NCBI RefSeq assembly: GCF_051861155.1
Contig: NZ_JBHYDE010000007.1
Coordinates: 152,596-216,595 of the forward strand
DNA length: 64,000 nucleotides
Reading direction: 5' to 3'
From: Sphingopyxis sp.
GTDB taxonomy: Bacteria > Pseudomonadota > Alphaproteobacteria > Sphingomonadales > Sphingomonadaceae
In this document: one piece after another, positions 47,801-57,205 of the stretch
Numbering within the stretch: the stretch's first letter is position 1
How the letters are laid out: each line of letters starts with the position of its first letter
The notes under the pieces: model-generated
What the model was told of the DNA's origin: nothing
The model's database searches: none
What the model saw: only the letters and a program-made list of their open reading frames with translations
Made by a program: the position numbers and the translations under genes

Positions 47801-48693
47801 GCGGTCATCGCATAGCGTTTGGGCGGCAGTCCGACATGGCGCGCAAAGGCGGTACTGAATGCGCTCGCCGAGCCATAGCCGACCCGTTCGGCGATGTCGG
47901 CCAGTCCGCCGACTTTGCGGCGTAGCAAATCCTTCGCCAGGTTCATTCGCCATCCTTGCAGATATTCCATCGGCGGCACCCCGACGGTGCGGGCAAAGCG
48001 ATCGAAAAAGGCCGATCGCGACAGCGCGGCTTCCTTCGCCAGGCCGGCAACGGTCCACGGGTGCGCGGGATTGTCGTGGATGCGCCGGATGGCCGCCGCC
48101 AGCCGCGGGTCGCGCAGCCCGCGTAGCAGTCCGGGCGGCGCGTCGTCGCCCTCGACCGAACGCAGCGCCTCGACGATCAATATTTCGACAAGGCGCGCCA
48201 GGATCAGGTCGCATCCTGGCCGATCGCCGCCCGCTTCCTCGCGCACCAGCCGGACAAGCGTCGAGAGTCGCTCGGCCCCGCGGAGGTGAATGAGCGCGGG
48301 AAGCTGCGACACGAGCAGCGCGGCATCGGGCGAATCGAAGATGAAATAGCCGCCGAGCATCCGCACGTCGGGGTCGCCATCCTGTCGGCCGTGGCGGATT
48401 TCCTCGGTCAGATCGGGCGCCGCGTGCGGATCGATCAGGACGGGTTCGGCGGGCTCGAACCCCGACATCATGAACCCCGGCGTCGCGGGCAACAGCACGA
48501 AATCGCCCGCCGCCAGCGTCACGGCGTCGGCGCCGTCGACCGTCAGACGGCAACGACCCTCGATCACCGTGCAAAAGCCGGGATGCCCGAACTTGGCATA
48601 GCGCACCGCCCACGCTTCGGCGCCGCTGATCCCCTTGGCGAACACGGCGCGCGGGCGCAGCAGCGCGATCAGGTCGGACAGCGGGTCGGGCAT
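47797..48693 (-). CDS. AraC-family regulator (cupin_6, RclR-like)
   Basis: DPLSDLIALLRP...; WTVAGLAKEAALSRSAFFDRF; VGYGSASAFSTAF. Confidence 0.9.
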   Translation of the reverse strand: MPDPLSDLIALLRPRAVFAKGISGAEAWAVRYAKFGHPGFCTVIEGRCRLTVDGADAVTLAAGDFVLLPATPGFMMSGFEPAEPVLIDPHAAPDLTEEIRHGRQDGDPDVRMLGGYFIFDSPDAALLVSQLPALIHLRGAERLSTLVRLVREEAGGDRPGCDLILARLVEILIVEALRSVEGDDAPPGLLRGLRDPRLAAAIRRIHDNPAHPWTVAGLAKEAALSRSAFFDRFARTVGVPPMEYLQGWRMNLAKDLLRRKVGGLADIAERVGYGSASAFSTAFARHVGLPPKRYAMTA

Positions 48694-48793
48694 ATATATG
48701 GACTATCGATAATGATTATTGGATTTTAGATTATAGATAATCCGAATCTCTTTGGCTAGAGGCTTTCCACCAACTTCGGAAAGGAAACTCCCC

Positions 48794-49537
48794 ATGAAAA
48801 CCATCCTCATCACCGGCTGCTCGTCGGGCTATGGTCTTGAAACCGCCCGTCATTTTCACGCACAGGGCTGGACCGTCATGGCCACTATGCGCAACCCCGC
48901 CGCGGCTCCTTTTGCAACGTCCGAAAAATTGCGCGCCCTTGCGCTCGACGTCACCGATGCCGCCAGCATCGCATTGGCCCTCGAACGCGCCGGGCCGATC
49001 GACGTCCTCGTCAACAACGCCGGCATCGGTCTGTTCGGCGCGCTCGAACATTCGCCGATGCAAAAGATCCGCGACGTCGTCGAAACCAATATGATCGGGA
49101 CTATCGCGATGACCCAGGCGGTGATCCCGCAAATGCGCGAGCGCGGTTCGGGGGTCATCGTCAACGTCACCTCGACGACGACGCTTGCTCCTTTTCCACT
49201 TGCGGCCGCCTACACGGCCTCGAAGGCGGCGATCCAGGGGTTCAGCCGATCGCTGGCGCACGAGCTGCTGCCGCTCGGGGTCGCGGTGAAACTGGTCGAG
49301 CCGGGCTATGGTCCGACAACCGCCTTCGCTCGGAACACGGACATCCAGCTCACCGACGTGTTGCCCGAACCCTATTGGTCCTACGCCGAACCGATCCTCG
49401 CTGCGATGGCCGAACCCGCATTGTTCACGACCGAATCCGATGTCGCACAAGCGGTGTGGGAAGCGGTCCACGACGACACGGGGCGCGCGCATTTCCCCGC
49501 GGGCGCCGACGCCCACGCGATCATGCAACAGACCTGA
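48794..49537 (+). CDS. Short-chain dehydrogenase/reductase
   Basis: TGCSSGYG, VNNAGIG and YTASK (YxxxK). Confidence 0.93.
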   Translation: MKTILITGCSSGYGLETARHFHAQGWTVMATMRNPAAAPFATSEKLRALALDVTDAASIALALERAGPIDVLVNNAGIGLFGALEHSPMQKIRDVVETNMIGTIAMTQAVIPQMRERGSGVIVNVTSTTTLAPFPLAAAYTASKAAIQGFSRSLAHELLPLGVAVKLVEPGYGPTTAFARNTDIQLTDVLPEPYWSYAEPILAAMAEPALFTTESDVAQAVWEAVHDDTGRAHFPAGADAHAIMQQT

Positions 49538-51035
49538 CCGCCCTTTCGGCAAGCCACGCCGCCAGCTTCGCCACCTCGTCGGCGCTGAAATGCAGCCCCA
49601 GCTTGCTGCGCCGCCACAATATGTCGTCGGTCGTCTGCGCCCATTCCTGGTCGACCAGCCACGCCGCCTCGGCGGCGGAGAGGCCGTGGGCGATTTCGCC
49701 GCCCAGCGCGTCCCAGTCGCCCGCATCGCCCAGCCAGCGGCGCGCGTCGGTGCCATAGGCCTTGACGATGCGATCGGCGGTCGCGGTGGACAGGAACGGA
49801 TGGGCGAGCTTGATTTCGGCCTTGAGCGCCGCGGCGCCGCTGGTCGGGAAATCGCCGCCCGGGAGCGGCGCCTTCGCGGTCCAGCGCGTGCCGGTCAGCG
49901 CCGCGACATGCCCCACCAGTTCGTCGACCGCGGCTTCGGCGACATGGCGATAGCTGGTGATCTTGCCGCCATAGATGGTGAGCAGCGGCGCGCCTTCGGC
50001 CAGATCAAGGTCGATGCGATAGCCGCGCGTCGCCGCTTCGGGCCGCCCTGATCCGTCCTCGATCAGCGGCCGCACCCCCGAATAGGTCCACACGACATCG
50101 GCGGGGGTGATGGCTTCGCGGAAATACAGGCTGGCGCCTTCGCACAGATAGGCGATTTCGTCGGCGCTCGCGCGCGCCTCATGGGCCGGGCCGTCGTGAT
50201 CGACGTCGGTCGTGCCGATCAGGGTGAAGTCGCGCTCATAGGGGATCGCAAAGAATATCCGCCCGTCGGGGAGCTGGAAGAAATAGGCATAATCGTGCTG
50301 GAACAACCGCCGCACGACGATATGCGACCCGCGCACCAGCCGCATCTGATGATCGGGCACCGCGTCGGCGCGCCCCAGCAAATCCAGCACCGCCGGCCCG
50401 GCGGCGTTGACGATCGCGCGGCCGGTGAACCGGTAACTATGGCCGTTGTCGCAGCTCGCCTCGACCACCCACAGCCCGTCTTCGCAGCGCAGCGCTTCGG
50501 CGCGGGTGCGGGTGCGGACCTTGGCACCATGCGCGGCGGCGTCGCGCGCGTTGAGCGCCACCAGCCGCGCGTCGTCGACCCAGCCGTCCGAATATTCGAA
50601 GCCGCGGGCATATTGCGGTTGCAACGGCTCGCCCGCGACATGGCGTTCGAGGTCGATCGAGCGCGTCGCGGGCAGCTTCTTGCGCCCGCCGATATGGTCA
50701 TACAGGAACAGTCCCAGCCGCAGCAGCCAGCGCGGTCGCAGTCCCGGCCGGTGCGGCAACACAAAGCGCAGTGGCCAGATGATGTGCGGCGCAATGCCCC
50801 ACAAGGTTTCGCGCTCCTTCAGCGCCTCGCGCACCAGCGCAAATTCATAATGTTCGAGGTAACGGAGCCCGCCATGGATCAGCTTGGTCGACGCCGACGA
50901 TGTCCCGCGCGCCAGATCGCCCGCCTCGAGCAGCAGCACCCGCGCCCCGCGCCCCGCGGCATCGCGCGCGACCCCGGCGCCGTTGACGCCGCCGCCGATT
51001 ACAACGATATCATAGGGGATGGGGGGCTCGGTCAT
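49521..51035 (-). CDS. glpD: Aerobic glycerol-3-phosphate dehydrogenase
   Basis: IGGGVNGAG.ARDAAGRG, TSSASTKLIHGGLRYLE, YSGVRPL and GGKITSYR. Confidence 0.95.
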   Translation of the reverse strand: MTEPPIPYDIVVIGGGVNGAGVARDAAGRGARVLLLEAGDLARGTSSASTKLIHGGLRYLEHYEFALVREALKERETLWGIAPHIIWPLRFVLPHRPGLRPRWLLRLGLFLYDHIGGRKKLPATRSIDLERHVAGEPLQPQYARGFEYSDGWVDDARLVALNARDAAAHGAKVRTRTRAEALRCEDGLWVVEASCDNGHSYRFTGRAIVNAAGPAVLDLLGRADAVPDHQMRLVRGSHIVVRRLFQHDYAYFFQLPDGRIFFAIPYERDFTLIGTTDVDHDGPAHEARASADEIAYLCEGASLYFREAITPADVVWTYSGVRPLIEDGSGRPEAATRGYRIDLDLAEGAPLLTIYGGKITSYRHVAEAAVDELVGHVAALTGTRWTAKAPLPGGDFPTSGAAALKAEIKLAHPFLSTATADRIVKAYGTDARRWLGDAGDWDALGGEIAHGLSAAEAAWLVDQEWAQTTDDILWRRSKLGLHFSADEVAKLAAWLAERAVRSVA

Positions 51036-51172
51036 TCGAGGGTTCCCTAAGCCAGCCGCCGGCGCTTTGCCAATGGCAAAGCTATGCAAACGTCAGGGGG
51101 GTCATCGCGGCGCTGGACAGCGGCGCGCCCCGCCGCGAGGCACCGGCGGAGCAACTGAGGGGGAGCGAGCGG

Positions 51173-52711
51173 ATGCGGCAGTCGTCGGTGGGATGGCGCG
51201 GGGCGGTTTCGGTGCTGGCGGCGCTTGCCGCTGCGGTAGTCAGCGCGCCCGCGGCAGCGCAGCGAGCGACGCTCGATGCGGCCACGCTGGAGGAATATAT
51301 CGCCTTCCTGTCGCTGCCCAACGATGCCGCGAACCCCGCCGACGCGCTCGCCAACGCGCGCTTTGTCCAGGCGATGATGCAGCGGCGCGGCATCGCGTCC
51401 GAACTGCTCTACGATACCGATAGAAAAGCGCCGCCCGCGGTGTTCGGCGAGGTGAAGACCCCCGGCGCGACGAAAACGATCGTCTTTTATGCCCATTATG
51501 ATGGCCAGCCGGTGGTCCCCGAACGCTGGGCGCCGGGGTTGGCGCCGTTTAGCCCGGTCGCGATCTCGCGCCCGATCGAACAGGGCGGCACGGTGCTCGG
51601 CCCCTGGTCGCCGGGCGCAAAATTCCCGCCTGGCTGGCGCATCGCGGCGCGTAGCGCCGCCGATGACAAGGCGGGAGTGATGGTCGCGCTCAACGCCTTT
51701 CGCGACCCCGCCGGCATCGCCGCGCAGCTCGGGGTGAACGTGAAGTTCTTCTTCGAGGGCGAGGAGGAAAAGGGATCGCCCAACCTCGCCGCAATCCTCC
51801 GCGCGCATCGCGGCAAGCTCGGCGGCGACCTGTGGGTGATGGTCGATGGACCCCGGCATACCGCGGGGTATCGCGCGATGGTACTGGGAGTGCGCGGGGT
51901 CGTCGACGTCGGCATCACCATCTATGGCGCCAACCGGCCGCTGCACGCGGGCAATTATGGCAATTGGGCGCCCAATCCCGCGCTGCGCCTCGCGGCCTTG
52001 CTGGGCAGCCTGAAGGACGCCGACGGGCGCATCCTGATCCCCGGCTTTTACGACGACGCGGTCCCGGCGACCGCCGCCGAACTGGCCGAGATCGCCAAGG
52101 CGCCGTCGATGGATACGACGCGGCAGAGCCTGGGGATCGCGCGGACGCAGGGCGGCGGCAAGCTGCACGGCGAACTCGTGCTGCAACCGGGGATCGAGAT
52201 CACCGGGCTGCGCGCCGGGGCCACCGGGGCGAGCGCCGCGAACGTCATCCCGACCGAGGCCGAGGCACGGCTCGACATGCGGCTGGTCAAGGGCGACCGG
52301 ATCGACCGCCAGCTTGCCCGGCTGGTGCGCTTTGTCGAAGGGCAGGGTTATCATGTCCTCGACCGCGCGCCGACCGCGGACGAACGGCTGGCGCATCCGT
52401 TGATCGCCAAAATCGTTGCAGGCTTCGGTTATGAAGCGCAGCGTACCCCGCTGGGCCAGCCGATGGTGACGCGCGTCAAGCAGCTGCTCGAAAGCGTGTC
52501 GCCCGACCGGCTGGTCGTCGTGCCGTCGACCGGGGGCAGCCTGCCGCTGTCGATTTTCGAGCGCGAACTCGGTGCCCCGGTGGTCACCATCCCCGTCGTC
52601 AACGCCGACAACAACCAGCATGGCGAGAATGAGAATGTCGATCCGGCCTTTCTCGCCGAAGGCATAACCAACATCCGCGCGATCATGGAGGATGATTTTT
52701 CGGAACGGTGA
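51173..52711 (+). CDS. Exported M20/M25/M40-family metallohydrolase
   Basis: Signal peptide; YAHYDGQP, RSAADDKAG, EGEEEKGS and NNQHGENE. Confidence 0.88.
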   Translation: MRQSSVGWRGAVSVLAALAAAVVSAPAAAQRATLDAATLEEYIAFLSLPNDAANPADALANARFVQAMMQRRGIASELLYDTDRKAPPAVFGEVKTPGATKTIVFYAHYDGQPVVPERWAPGLAPFSPVAISRPIEQGGTVLGPWSPGAKFPPGWRIAARSAADDKAGVMVALNAFRDPAGIAAQLGVNVKFFFEGEEEKGSPNLAAILRAHRGKLGGDLWVMVDGPRHTAGYRAMVLGVRGVVDVGITIYGANRPLHAGNYGNWAPNPALRLAALLGSLKDADGRILIPGFYDDAVPATAAELAEIAKAPSMDTTRQSLGIARTQGGGKLHGELVLQPGIEITGLRAGATGASAANVIPTEAEARLDMRLVKGDRIDRQLARLVRFVEGQGYHVLDRAPTADERLAHPLIAKIVAGFGYEAQRTPLGQPMVTRVKQLLESVSPDRLVVVPSTGGSLPLSIFERELGAPVVTIPVVNADNNQHGENENVDPAFLAEGITNIRAIMEDDFSER

Positions 52712-52732
52712 GCCGCATACCGCCAACCTCTA

Positions 52733-52819
52733 CCGTTCGCCCTGAGCTTGTCGAAGGGCTGCTCTTTCTTTGCGGCGTCGAGAGAAAAAACGGTGCTTCG
52801 ACAAGCTCAGCACGAACGG
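52733..52819. repeat. Palindromic repeat, family 2 (CTGAGCTTGTCGAAG), copy 1
   Basis: CCGTTCGCCCTGAGCTTGTCGAAG ... CTTCGACAAGCTCAGCACGAACGG. Confidence 0.85.
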
Positions 52820-52975
52820 CGGGTGGGTATCGCGCGACCCCATAGTTGATGCGTTGGGCGCCCGGCCACTGCTTGCCGAATGAAGCGGCTTACGTATGCG
52901 CGTTGCAATCGCGCCCCCGCTCCGCCATTTCCGCTGATGGGTATCCGAGGGGATTGGCGTGCCAAGGACATTATC

Positions 52976-54439
52976 GTGAGCGTGAAAGTCGAGACATTGG
53001 TGCTGTTCGGCGCGACGGGCGACCTGGCGCAGCGCATGCTCTTTCCTTCGCTCTACAACCTCCACCTCGACGGGCTGCTCGCCGACGCGCTGACGATCAT
53101 CGGGTCGGGACGCTCGGCGATGGACCGCGCCGCATTTCACACCCAGGTCCGCGCGGCGCTGGCCGAACATCTGCCCGCCGACCGTATCGATCCGGGCGCG
53201 GTCGATGCGTTCGTGGCGCGCATCGATTATTGTGCGATCGATGCCGGGGCGGGAACCGGCTATGACGATCTTGCCGCCCTGCTCGGCGACCGGATGCAGC
53301 GCCCGATCGGCGTGTATCTGTCGACCCCGCCGTCGATGTTCGGGCCGATCGCACAGGGGCTGAAGGCCGCGAACATCGCCTGCGCCGAATGCCGCATCGC
53401 GATGGAAAAGCCGATCGGGCAGGATCTCGCTTCATCGCGCGATGTGAATGCCCAGGTCGGCGACGCCTTCGCCGAAGACCGGGTGTTCCGCATCGACCAT
53501 TATCTCGGCAAGGAAACGGTGCAGAACCTGCTTGCGCTGCGCTTTGCCAATATGTTGTTCGAACCGTTGTGGAACGCGCAGGCGATCGATCATGTCCAGA
53601 TCACCGTCGCCGAAACCGTCGGGCTGGAGGGCCGCGTCTCCTATTATGACGGGGTCGGCGCATTGAAGGATATGGTGCAGAACCATATGCTGCAATTGCT
53701 CGCGATCATCGCGATGGAGCCGCCCGCGAGCGTCAGCGCGACTGCGGTGCGCGACGAAAAGGTCAAGCTGCTGCGCTCGTTGCGCAAGATGAGCGCCGCC
53801 GATGTGAAGGCGCACAGCGTCAAGGGGCAATATAGCAGCGGCGCGGTGAACGGCGGCGCGGTGACCGGCTACGCCGACGAACTCGGCCAGCCATCGAACA
53901 CCGAAACCTTTGTCGCATTGAAGGCCTATATCGACAATTGGCGCTGGAAAGGCGTGCCCTTTTACCTGCGCACCGGCAAGCGCATGCCGCAGCGCAAGTC
54001 GGAGGTGCTGATCCAGTTCAAGCCGGTGCCGCACAATATCTTCGCGCGCGTCGGCGCCGGCAAGCTCGACGCCAATATGATGATCATCAACCTGCAGCCC
54101 GAGGAAAATATCCGGGTGCGGGTAATGGCGAAACAGCCCGGGCTCGATCGCGACGGGGTGAAGCTGAAAGAGGTGACGATGGACGTCTCGCTCTCGCACA
54201 GCTTTGCCGGCGAGCGGCGGCGGATCGCTTATGAGCGGCTGCTGCTCGATTTCATCGAGGGCGACCAGACTTTGTTTGTGCGCCGCGACGAGGTCGAGGC
54301 GCAGTGGCAGTGGATCGATTCGATCCGCGACGCCTGGGCCGACGTCGACATGGCGCCGCAGAATTACACCGCGGGCAGTTGGGGGCCGTCGAGCGCGATC
54401 GCGCTGATCGAACGCGACGGGGCAAGCTGGCATGATTAA
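52976..54439 (+). CDS. zwf: Glucose-6-phosphate 1-dehydrogenase
   Basis: FGATGDLA, MEKPIG, RIDHYLGKE, DMVQNH and FYLRTGKR; probable GTG start after AAGGA. Confidence 0.97.
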   Translation: MSVKVETLVLFGATGDLAQRMLFPSLYNLHLDGLLADALTIIGSGRSAMDRAAFHTQVRAALAEHLPADRIDPGAVDAFVARIDYCAIDAGAGTGYDDLAALLGDRMQRPIGVYLSTPPSMFGPIAQGLKAANIACAECRIAMEKPIGQDLASSRDVNAQVGDAFAEDRVFRIDHYLGKETVQNLLALRFANMLFEPLWNAQAIDHVQITVAETVGLEGRVSYYDGVGALKDMVQNHMLQLLAIIAMEPPASVSATAVRDEKVKLLRSLRKMSAADVKAHSVKGQYSSGAVNGGAVTGYADELGQPSNTETFVALKAYIDNWRWKGVPFYLRTGKRMPQRKSEVLIQFKPVPHNIFARVGAGKLDANMMIINLQPEENIRVRVMAKQPGLDRDGVKLKEVTMDVSLSHSFAGERRRIAYERLLLDFIEGDQTLFVRRDEVEAQWQWIDSIRDAWADVDMAPQNYTAGSWGPSSAIALIERDGASWHD

Positions 54440-54446
54440 CTTGAAA

Positions 54447-54537
54447 CGTCGCCCCCGCGAAGGCGGGGGCCGCTATCGACCTTACTCTTCATCGCGGCAC
54501 AGACCCTCCAGCGGCCCCCGCCTTCGCGGGGGCGACG
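54447..54537. repeat. CGTC-tagged REP dimer, family 1, copy 2 (between zwf and edd)
   Basis: 28-bp arms at 54447-54474 and 54510-54537, same arm sequence as copy 1. Confidence 0.9.
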
Positions 54538-54546
54538 GGAATAGTC

Positions 54547-56388
54547 ATGACTGATCTCCACCCCACCATCGCTACCGTCACCGACCGCATCATCGCTCGC
54601 AGCGCCCCGCGCCGCGCCGCCTACCTTGGACTGATGGACCGCCAGCGCGAGGCGGGCACCAACCGCGGCAACCTGTCGTGCGGCAACTTGGCGCACGGCT
54701 TCGCCGCGGCGGGCGACGACAAGGCGGTGATCCGCACCGGCGGCGCGATGAACATCGGCATCGTCACCAGCTACAACGACATGCTCTCGGCGCATCAGCC
54801 CTATGGCCGCTACCCCGAACAGATCAAATTGTTCGCGCGCGAAGTCGCCGCGACCGCACAGGTCGCGGGCGGCGTTCCCGCGATGTGCGACGGGGTGACG
54901 CAGGGGCAGGCGGGCATGGACCTGTCGTTGTTCAGCCGCGACAATATCGCGCAGGGCACCGTGATCGCATTGAGCCACGCGATGTTCGAGGGCGCGTTGC
55001 TGCTCGGCATCTGCGACAAGATCGTCCCCGGCCTCTTGATTGGTGCGCTGCGTTTCGGTCACCTGCCGCAGATATTGATCCCCGCGGGGCCGATGCCCTC
55101 GGGCCTCGCGAACAAGGAAAAGCAGCGCATCCGCCAGCTCTATGCCGAGGGCAAGGCGAGCCGCGACGAACTGCTCGAGGCCGAAGCGGCGAGCTATCAC
55201 GGCGCGGGCACCTGCACCTTTTATGGCACCGCGAACTCGAACCAGATGATGATGGAGCTGATGGGGCTGCACGTCCCCGGCAGCGCCTTCACCAACCCCG
55301 GCACGAAATTGCGCCAGGAACTGACCCGCGCCGCGACGCACCGGGTGGCCGAAATCGGCTGGGACGGCAGTGATTATCGCCCGCTGGCGCGCTGCGTCGA
55401 CGAGAAAGCGATCGTCAACGCCGCGATCGGGCTGCTCGCGACCGGCGGCTCGACCAACCATGCGATCCACCTGCCCGCCATCGCGCGCGCCGCGGGGATC
55501 ATCATCGACTGGCAGGATTTCGACGAGCTCAGCCATGCGGTGCCGCTGCTCGCGCGCGTCTATCCGAACGGCGCGGGCGATGTGAACAATTTCCACGCCG
55601 CGGGCGGCATTGGCTATGTCGTGCGCGAGTTGCTCGATGCCGGGTTGCTGCACGGCGATGTGCTGACCGTCGGCGGAACGATGGCCGATTATGGCAATGA
55701 ACCGGTGCTGGCCGGTGATGCCCTGCAATGGCAGGCCGCCCCTGCGACCAGCCGCGACGACACGATGCTGCGCCCTGTCGCCGCGCCCTTCTCGCCCGAC
55801 GGCGGCATGCGCCTGCTCGCGGGCAATCTCGGCCGCGCGATCATCAAGACCAGTGCGGTGGCCGAGGATCGCTGGACGATCGAGGCGCCGTGCCGGATCT
55901 TCGACAATCAGGATGCGGTGCTGGCGGCGTTCAAGGCGGGCGAACTCGAACAGGACGTCATCGTCGTCGTGCGGTTCCAGGGGCCGCGTGCCAACGGCAT
56001 GCCCGAACTCCACAAACTGACCCCCGCGCTCGGCGTCTTGCAGGACCGCGGCTTCCGCGTCGCGCTGCTCACCGACGGCCGCATGTCGGGCGCCAGCGGC
56101 AAGGTGCCCGCGGTCATCCATCTGTCGCCCGAAGCCTTGCCGGGCCCTGACGGGGTCAGCGGCCCGCTCGCCTTCCTCGCCGATGGCGACATCGTTCGCG
56201 TCTGCGCGCGCCAGGGCGAGGTGCTGGCACTCGTCGATCCCGCGATCTGGGCCGCGCGCTCGCCCGCTGCCGCCCCGCCGCCCGCGCTCGGCGTCGGCCG
56301 CGAACTTTTCGCCTTGTTCCGCCACCACGCCGACGAAGCCGAAAAGGGTGGGTCGGCGGTGCTCGCGGCGATGGAAACGGTAATCTAG
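54547..56388 (+). CDS. edd: 6-phosphogluconate dehydratase
   Basis: [48 protein letters not shown] and [10 protein letters not shown]. Confidence 0.98.
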   Translation: MTDLHPTIATVTDRIIARSAPRRAAYLGLMDRQREAGTNRGNLSCGNLAHGFAAAGDDKAVIRTGGAMNIGIVTSYNDMLSAHQPYGRYPEQIKLFAREVAATAQVAGGVPAMCDGVTQGQAGMDLSLFSRDNIAQGTVIALSHAMFEGALLLGICDKIVPGLLIGALRFGHLPQILIPAGPMPSGLANKEKQRIRQLYAEGKASRDELLEAEAASYHGAGTCTFYGTANSNQMMMELMGLHVPGSAFTNPGTKLRQELTRAATHRVAEIGWDGSDYRPLARCVDEKAIVNAAIGLLATGGSTNHAIHLPAIARAAGIIIDWQDFDELSHAVPLLARVYPNGAGDVNNFHAAGGIGYVVRELLDAGLLHGDVLTVGGTMADYGNEPVLAGDALQWQAAPATSRDDTMLRPVAAPFSPDGGMRLLAGNLGRAIIKTSAVAEDRWTIEAPCRIFDNQDAVLAAFKAGELEQDVIVVVRFQGPRANGMPELHKLTPALGVLQDRGFRVALLTDGRMSGASGKVPAVIHLSPEALPGPDGVSGPLAFLADGDIVRVCARQGEVLALVDPAIWAARSPAAAPPPALGVGRELFALFRHHADEAEKGGSAVLAAMETVI

Positions 56389-56389
56389 C

Positions 56390-56469
56390 TCGTCGCCCCC
56401 GCGAAGGCGGGGGCCGCTGGCGACCTTGCGCAACTCTGATAGCGGCCCCCGCCTTCGCGGGGGCGACGA
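56390..56469. repeat. CGTC-tagged REP dimer, family 1, copy 3 (between edd and eda)
   Basis: 29-bp arms at 56390-56418 and 56441-56469. Confidence 0.9.
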
Positions 56470-56479
56470 AGGAATAAAA

Positions 56480-57100
56480 ATGACCGACAATAGCATCGAC
56501 CAGATCATGCGCCTTGCCCCCGTCATCCCGGTGATCGTCATCGACCGGGTCGAACACGCGGTGCCGATGGCCGAGGCGCTCGTCGCGGGTGGGCTGACCG
56601 TCCTCGAAGTCACCCTGCGGACCCCCGCCGGGCTCGACGCCATCGCCGCGATGAAAGCGGTCAAGGGCGCGGTCGTCGGCGCGGGCACCGTGCTCGATCC
56701 CGCGATGCTGGCCGCCGCGATCCACGCGGGGGCCGAGTTCATCGTCTCGCCGGGCCTCACCGACAATCTCGGCAAAGCCGCCGTCGCCAGCGGCATTCCG
56801 TTCCTGCCCGGCACCGCCAACGCCGGTGACATCATGCGCGGCATGGACCTCGGCCTCGACCGCTTCAAATTCTTCCCCGCGGCGACCAGCGGCGGCATCC
56901 CGGCGCTCAAGGCGCTCGCCGGACCCTTCGGTCAGGCGCGCTTTTGCCCGACCGGCGGCATCAGCCTCGCGACCGCGCCCGACTGGCTCGCGCTCGAAGC
57001 CGTGCTGTGCGTCGGCGGCAGCTGGGTTGTCCCGTCGGGGCCGCTCGACCCGGCGCGGATCGAGACGCTCGCGCGCGAGGCTGCAGCACTGGCGTCCTGA
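56480..57100 (+). CDS. eda: KDPG/KHG aldolase
   Basis: EVTLRT, VGAGTV, FIVSPG, KFFPA and CPTGG; start trimmed to ATG 56480. Confidence 0.97.
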   Translation: MTDNSIDQIMRLAPVIPVIVIDRVEHAVPMAEALVAGGLTVLEVTLRTPAGLDAIAAMKAVKGAVVGAGTVLDPAMLAAAIHAGAEFIVSPGLTDNLGKAAVASGIPFLPGTANAGDIMRGMDLGLDRFKFFPAATSGGIPALKALAGPFGQARFCPTGGISLATAPDWLALEAVLCVGGSWVVPSGPLDPARIETLAREAAALAS

Positions 57101-57205
57101 CCGTCGCCTCGGCCTGCGCGGGGACGACGAATTGGGCGCATTGATAAACGCCATCTTTACTGCCATCGTGCAGAGAAAGGCGGCAATATAGCCGCCCGTG
57201 GGGAG

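Noticed and set aside
48694-48793. AT-rich AraC/SDR intergenic region with GATAATGATTAT
   Set aside because: An ordinary divergent AraC promoter; the enterobacterial-type Fur resemblance does not match the TGCGA-N5-TCGCA motif seen at the iron genes here.
52730-53170. 146-aa ORF ending PFVLSLSKH...LRQAQGER
   Set aside because: It is a translation of repeat family 2 plus antisense zwf; the same peptide appears at 58776-60152.
22377-56469. Family-1 repeats with variable spacers as a CRISPR array
   Set aside because: They are dispersed inverted dimers, not tandem direct repeats, and there are no cas genes.
56426-56479. N-terminal extension of Eda ([15 protein letters not shown])
   Set aside because: It is the translated REP arm; the real start is ATG 56480 after an AAGGA RBS.
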